In this document: positions 32,432 through 34,643 of the stretch, piece by piece
Layout: each line of letters starts with the position of its first letter
Position numbering within the stretch: the stretch's first letter is position 1
Assembly: GCA_025355835.1 (NCBI GenBank)
Contig: JANXYW010000396.1
Coordinates: 1 to 34,643 of the forward strand
DNA: 34,643 nucleotides
Origin: Chloroflexota bacterium
GTDB taxonomy: Bacteria; Chloroflexota; Dehalococcoidia; DSTF01; JACRBR01
Direction of reading: 5' to 3'
The notes under the pieces: model-generated
What the model was told of the DNA's origin: nothing
The model's database searches: none
Seen by the model: only the letters and a program-made list of their open reading frames with translations
Translations under genes and position numbers: made by a program

Positions 32432-32467
32432 AGACTTACACTATCACATAATTCCATATTATGCTAA
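32432..32467 (-). promoter_or_regulatory. Candidate promoter of the TA operon in an AT-rich spacer; would give a leaderless or SD-less mRNA
   Basis: The minus strand reads TTAGCA (32467-32462), an 18-nt spacer, then TGaTAGTGT (-10 at 32443-32438), then 6 nt to the ATG at 32431. No Shine-Dalgarno sequence is present. TTACAC recurs at 32436-32441 and 32468-32473. Confidence 0.3.
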
Positions 32468-32642
32468 TTACACATTCCGTCCCAGATCGCCCGCCCCCGC
32501 CGCTCCATCACCGAGGCAACCGTCCACCATGTCCCCGGTCTGTACAGCCGGGCGGAGAGGGTCGGGGTGAGGTCACCCCAACACCACCGCAACACTCCCT
32601 CACCACCACCGCAGCTACAATACCCACAGGAGCACCACACGC

Positions 32643-33089
32643 ATGATCTGCCCCCGCGACGCCAACGAACTCCGCACCGAGGCCGACCACGGCATCACCA
32701 TCGATCGCTGCCGCGCGTGCCACGGCGCCTGGTACGACTACGACGAGCTCGCCGAGCTCGAAGCCACTGTCGCCGATGAGGAGCAGCGCCTCGGCACGGT
32801 CGAGTACGCCAAGCACGAGAGCGTCCTGCCTTGCCCGGCCTGCAGCCAGACGATGCACGCCTTCAACTATCGCGCCTACAACCTCGAGCTCGACGCCTGC
32901 GCCGAAGGCCACGGCTTCTGGCTCGATGCCGGCGAATCCGAACGCGTCCGCGAGATCATGAAGGAACGCGTAAGCGGCCTGCGCCGAGCCGGCAGCGCGC
33001 AACAAGCATGGGCGCGCGCAAAAGGCCGCAGCGGCGGCGGCGTCATCGATCAGATCAAAGGCTTGTTCGGCGGCCGCCCCAGAACCTAA
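32643..33089 (+). CDS. Tandem zinc-ribbon protein (zf-TFIIB-like domain, two copies)
   Basis: 148 aa ORF with two repeats of CP-x-(C/D)...C-x-x-CHG(A/F)W(Y/L)D (ICPRDANEL..CRACHGAWYD; PCPACSQTM..DACAEGHGFWLD). A CAGGAG site lies upstream. It is the only plus-strand gene in the window. Confidence 0.75.
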   Translation: MICPRDANELRTEADHGITIDRCRACHGAWYDYDELAELEATVADEEQRLGTVEYAKHESVLPCPACSQTMHAFNYRAYNLELDACAEGHGFWLDAGESERVREIMKERVSGLRRAGSAQQAWARAKGRSGGGVIDQIKGLFGGRPRT

Positions 33090-33142
33090 AACCTAACACC
33101 CCGAACCTACCCACCCGCCTACCGCAGCACGAAGTCGAACCC

Positions 33143-33165
33143 GTGGCACAGCCCCCGGCTGTGAG
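33143..33165. repeat. Palindromic repeat, family A, copy 3
   Basis: gtggcacagcccccggctgtgag, matching the copies at 6745 and 6844. Confidence 0.75.
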
Positions 33166-33227
33166 TCGTCACGCCGAGACCGGCCGCCCCGCCAAACAGC
33201 ACGACGTCCGAAACGCTCCCCTCTCCA

Positions 33228-33263
33228 CGTCGTGGAGAGGGGTGGCCAACGGCCGGGGTGAGG
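33228..33263. repeat. Palindromic repeat, family B, copy 3
   Basis: cccctctccacgtcgtggagaggggtggccaacggccggggtgagg-type sequence, matching the copies at 3443 and 3521. Confidence 0.8.
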
Positions 33264-33314
33264 TGCCCGAAACGCCGCAAATCCTCCGTACAGCAATCGC
33301 CCAACAACCCCTTA

Positions 33315-33338
33315 GTGCTCCTTCGTGTCCTTCGTGGC
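33315..33338. repeat. Family C 9-nt sub-repeat module
   Basis: gtgctccttcgtgtccttcgtggc, of the same type as the cttcgcg/ctctgtg sub-repeats in 21999-22240. Confidence 0.55.
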
Positions 33339-33352
33339 TAACCCGACGAGCG

Positions 33353-34609
33353 TCAGATCTCCCGCAGCCGCTTGCTGGTGACGCCGATGACCAGCACGAT
33401 CGCCGACGCCAGCCCTGTGAAGCACGCGACGGTCACTTGCGCGCCGAACACATCGATCAGCGCGCCCATCAGCAGCGCGCTGAACGGCGTGATGCCGCTC
33501 GTCATCACGTAGAGCGACAGCACGCGACCGCGATACTCGTCATGCACGGTGAGTTGGATCATCACTTGATTGAACATCAAGTAGATCGAGTTGGCGATGC
33601 CGGCGACCACCAGCAGCCCGAACGAAAGCGCGTAGTTGTTCGAAAGCGCGAACCCCGTCACCAGCGCCATGTAGACGAACGTTGTCCATACCAGGATCTG
33701 GCCGCGCTTCTTGATCTGTGTCAGGTTCGCGGCGATCAGCGCGCCGACGATCGAGCCATAGCCGACGGCCGACGCCAGGAACCCGAATCCGAGCGATCCC
33801 GTATGCAGCACGTCCTTCGCGAACACGGGGATAAACTGCACATACGGATAGACGAGCAGGCTCGGCAGTCCGGCCATCACCACCAGCAGAAGCACGTCGG
33901 GATGCGACCGCGAGTACGAGATGCCGTCCAGCGTGCTCGCGAGCACGGTCGTGGTGCCGCGCCCGACCGGCACGCCCTTGGTCTTGATCCGCGATGTCGC
34001 GAATACCGAGAACGCGTACGCCGCCGCCTGCACGATGAACGCCGCCTGAATCCCCACCGTCCCGATCAGCGCACCCGCCATCGACGGGCCAACGATGCGC
34101 ATCGTGTTCGAACCGAGCGAGTTCACCGCAACGGCATTCGGCAGATCCTCGGCGCCGACGACGTCGTAAATCATCACCTGCCGCGCCGGCTGATTGATGG
34201 CGTCTCCGAACCCCTCGAGCGCAGAGAGTGGGTACAGCATCCAGATCTGGATCACGTCGGTGATGATCAACGCTGCAACCAGCGTCGCCGCAGTTGCGCT
34301 GATCGCCGTCATCACCATCAGCACCGAGCGGCGGCTGAAGCGATCGGTGATCGTGCCAGCGAACGGCGACACCGTCACGGACGAGATCCCCCGCACGAAG
34401 CCGACCGCGCCGACCTGAAACGGCGATCCCGTCAGATGGAACACCAGGTAGCCCTGCGCGGCGAACTGCACCCACTGCCCCAGCATCGTGCCGACGTTGC
34501 CGATCCACAGCACGCGGAAGTCCGGGATGCGCAGCGAAGAGAACGTCCGCTGCCCGTACCCGCGGATCCCGCTTCGCGGCTGCATGACCGGAGCTGGCGG
34601 GGCGGACAT
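33353..34609 (-). CDS. MFS transporter (MFS_3 / enterobactin-exporter-like topology)
   Basis: 418 aa ORF with about 12 predicted hydrophobic helices. The N-terminus FRVLWIGNVGTMLGQWVQ is typical of this MFS subfamily. Confidence 0.8.
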   Translation of the reverse strand: MSAPPAPVMQPRSGIRGYGQRTFSSLRIPDFRVLWIGNVGTMLGQWVQFAAQGYLVFHLTGSPFQVGAVGFVRGISSVTVSPFAGTITDRFSRRSVLMVMTAISATAATLVAALIITDVIQIWMLYPLSALEGFGDAINQPARQVMIYDVVGAEDLPNAVAVNSLGSNTMRIVGPSMAGALIGTVGIQAAFIVQAAAYAFSVFATSRIKTKGVPVGRGTTTVLASTLDGISYSRSHPDVLLLVVMAGLPSLLVYPYVQFIPVFAKDVLHTGSLGFGFLASAVGYGSIVGALIAANLTQIKKRGQILVWTTFVYMALVTGFALSNNYALSFGLLVVAGIANSIYLMFNQVMIQLTVHDEYRGRVLSLYVMTSGITPFSALLMGALIDVFGAQVTVACFTGLASAIVLVIGVTSKRLREI

Positions 34610-34643
34610 CGCGCTTCCAATCGCTCGAATGCTCAGGGGATGC

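Noticed and set aside
32508-33005. 165-aa minus-strand ORF opposite the zinc-ribbon gene, which would have kept all genes on one strand
   Set aside because: Its translation is an Ala/Gly/Val-rich shadow sequence without motifs. The plus-strand ORF has two clean zinc-ribbon repeats with CxxC-type pairs and an upstream CAGGAG site.

Overview
This is a GC-rich bacterial chromosomal segment. Gene content and the short-repeat families suggest a high-GC Chloroflexota- or Actinomycetota-like lineage, but that is inference only. 31 of the 32 credible protein genes are on the minus strand.

Genes in minus-strand order (high to low coordinates):
- MFS transporter
- the only plus-strand gene, a tandem zinc-ribbon protein
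- AbrB-PIN toxin-antitoxin pair
- oxalyl-CoA decarboxylase / 2-hydroxyacyl-CoA lyase-like ThDP enzyme, followed by a PaaK/F390-synthetase-like adenylating ligase
- GH-like lipoprotein and a P-loop kinase
- folC
- fabF-galE, overlapping by 1 nt
- cold-shock protein
- long LOG-family protein
- DUF4243-like protein
- etfB-etfA
- small acidic hypothetical protein followed by a GGDEF-GAF-GAF-HD-GYP protein
- three-domain LigD
- arsR-czcD-CDF-like metal efflux module
- Tat thioredoxin-fold lipoprotein, YjbR-like protein and another lipoprotein
- a complete suf operon: sufR-sufC-sufB-sufD-Rieske-sufS-sufU, with sufU truncated by the window edge

I recognised no rRNA, tRNA, CRISPR array, transposase or integrase. 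I also found no convincing novel multi-gene system such as a defence island; the protein-coding content is mostly housekeeping.

The unusual signal is non-coding and micro-repeat architecture:
- Tandem 7-nt (and 8-nt) tracts carry a stop triplet and sit on or right after gene stop codons, in the orientation of the gene they follow.
- A related heptad architecture forms an exact 9 x 7 = 63 nt in-frame block inside folC.
- A palindromic REP-like element is embedded in-frame in sufD.
- Several modular palindromic repeat families populate the intergenic spacers, including spacers inside the suf operon.
- Several promoter-like hexamers lie only 5-9 nt from start codons, which suggests leaderless mRNAs. 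One of them has a SmtB-type operator inside the 3-prime end of ligD.

All coordinates were read by eye with help from the ORF track. No database searches were possible.
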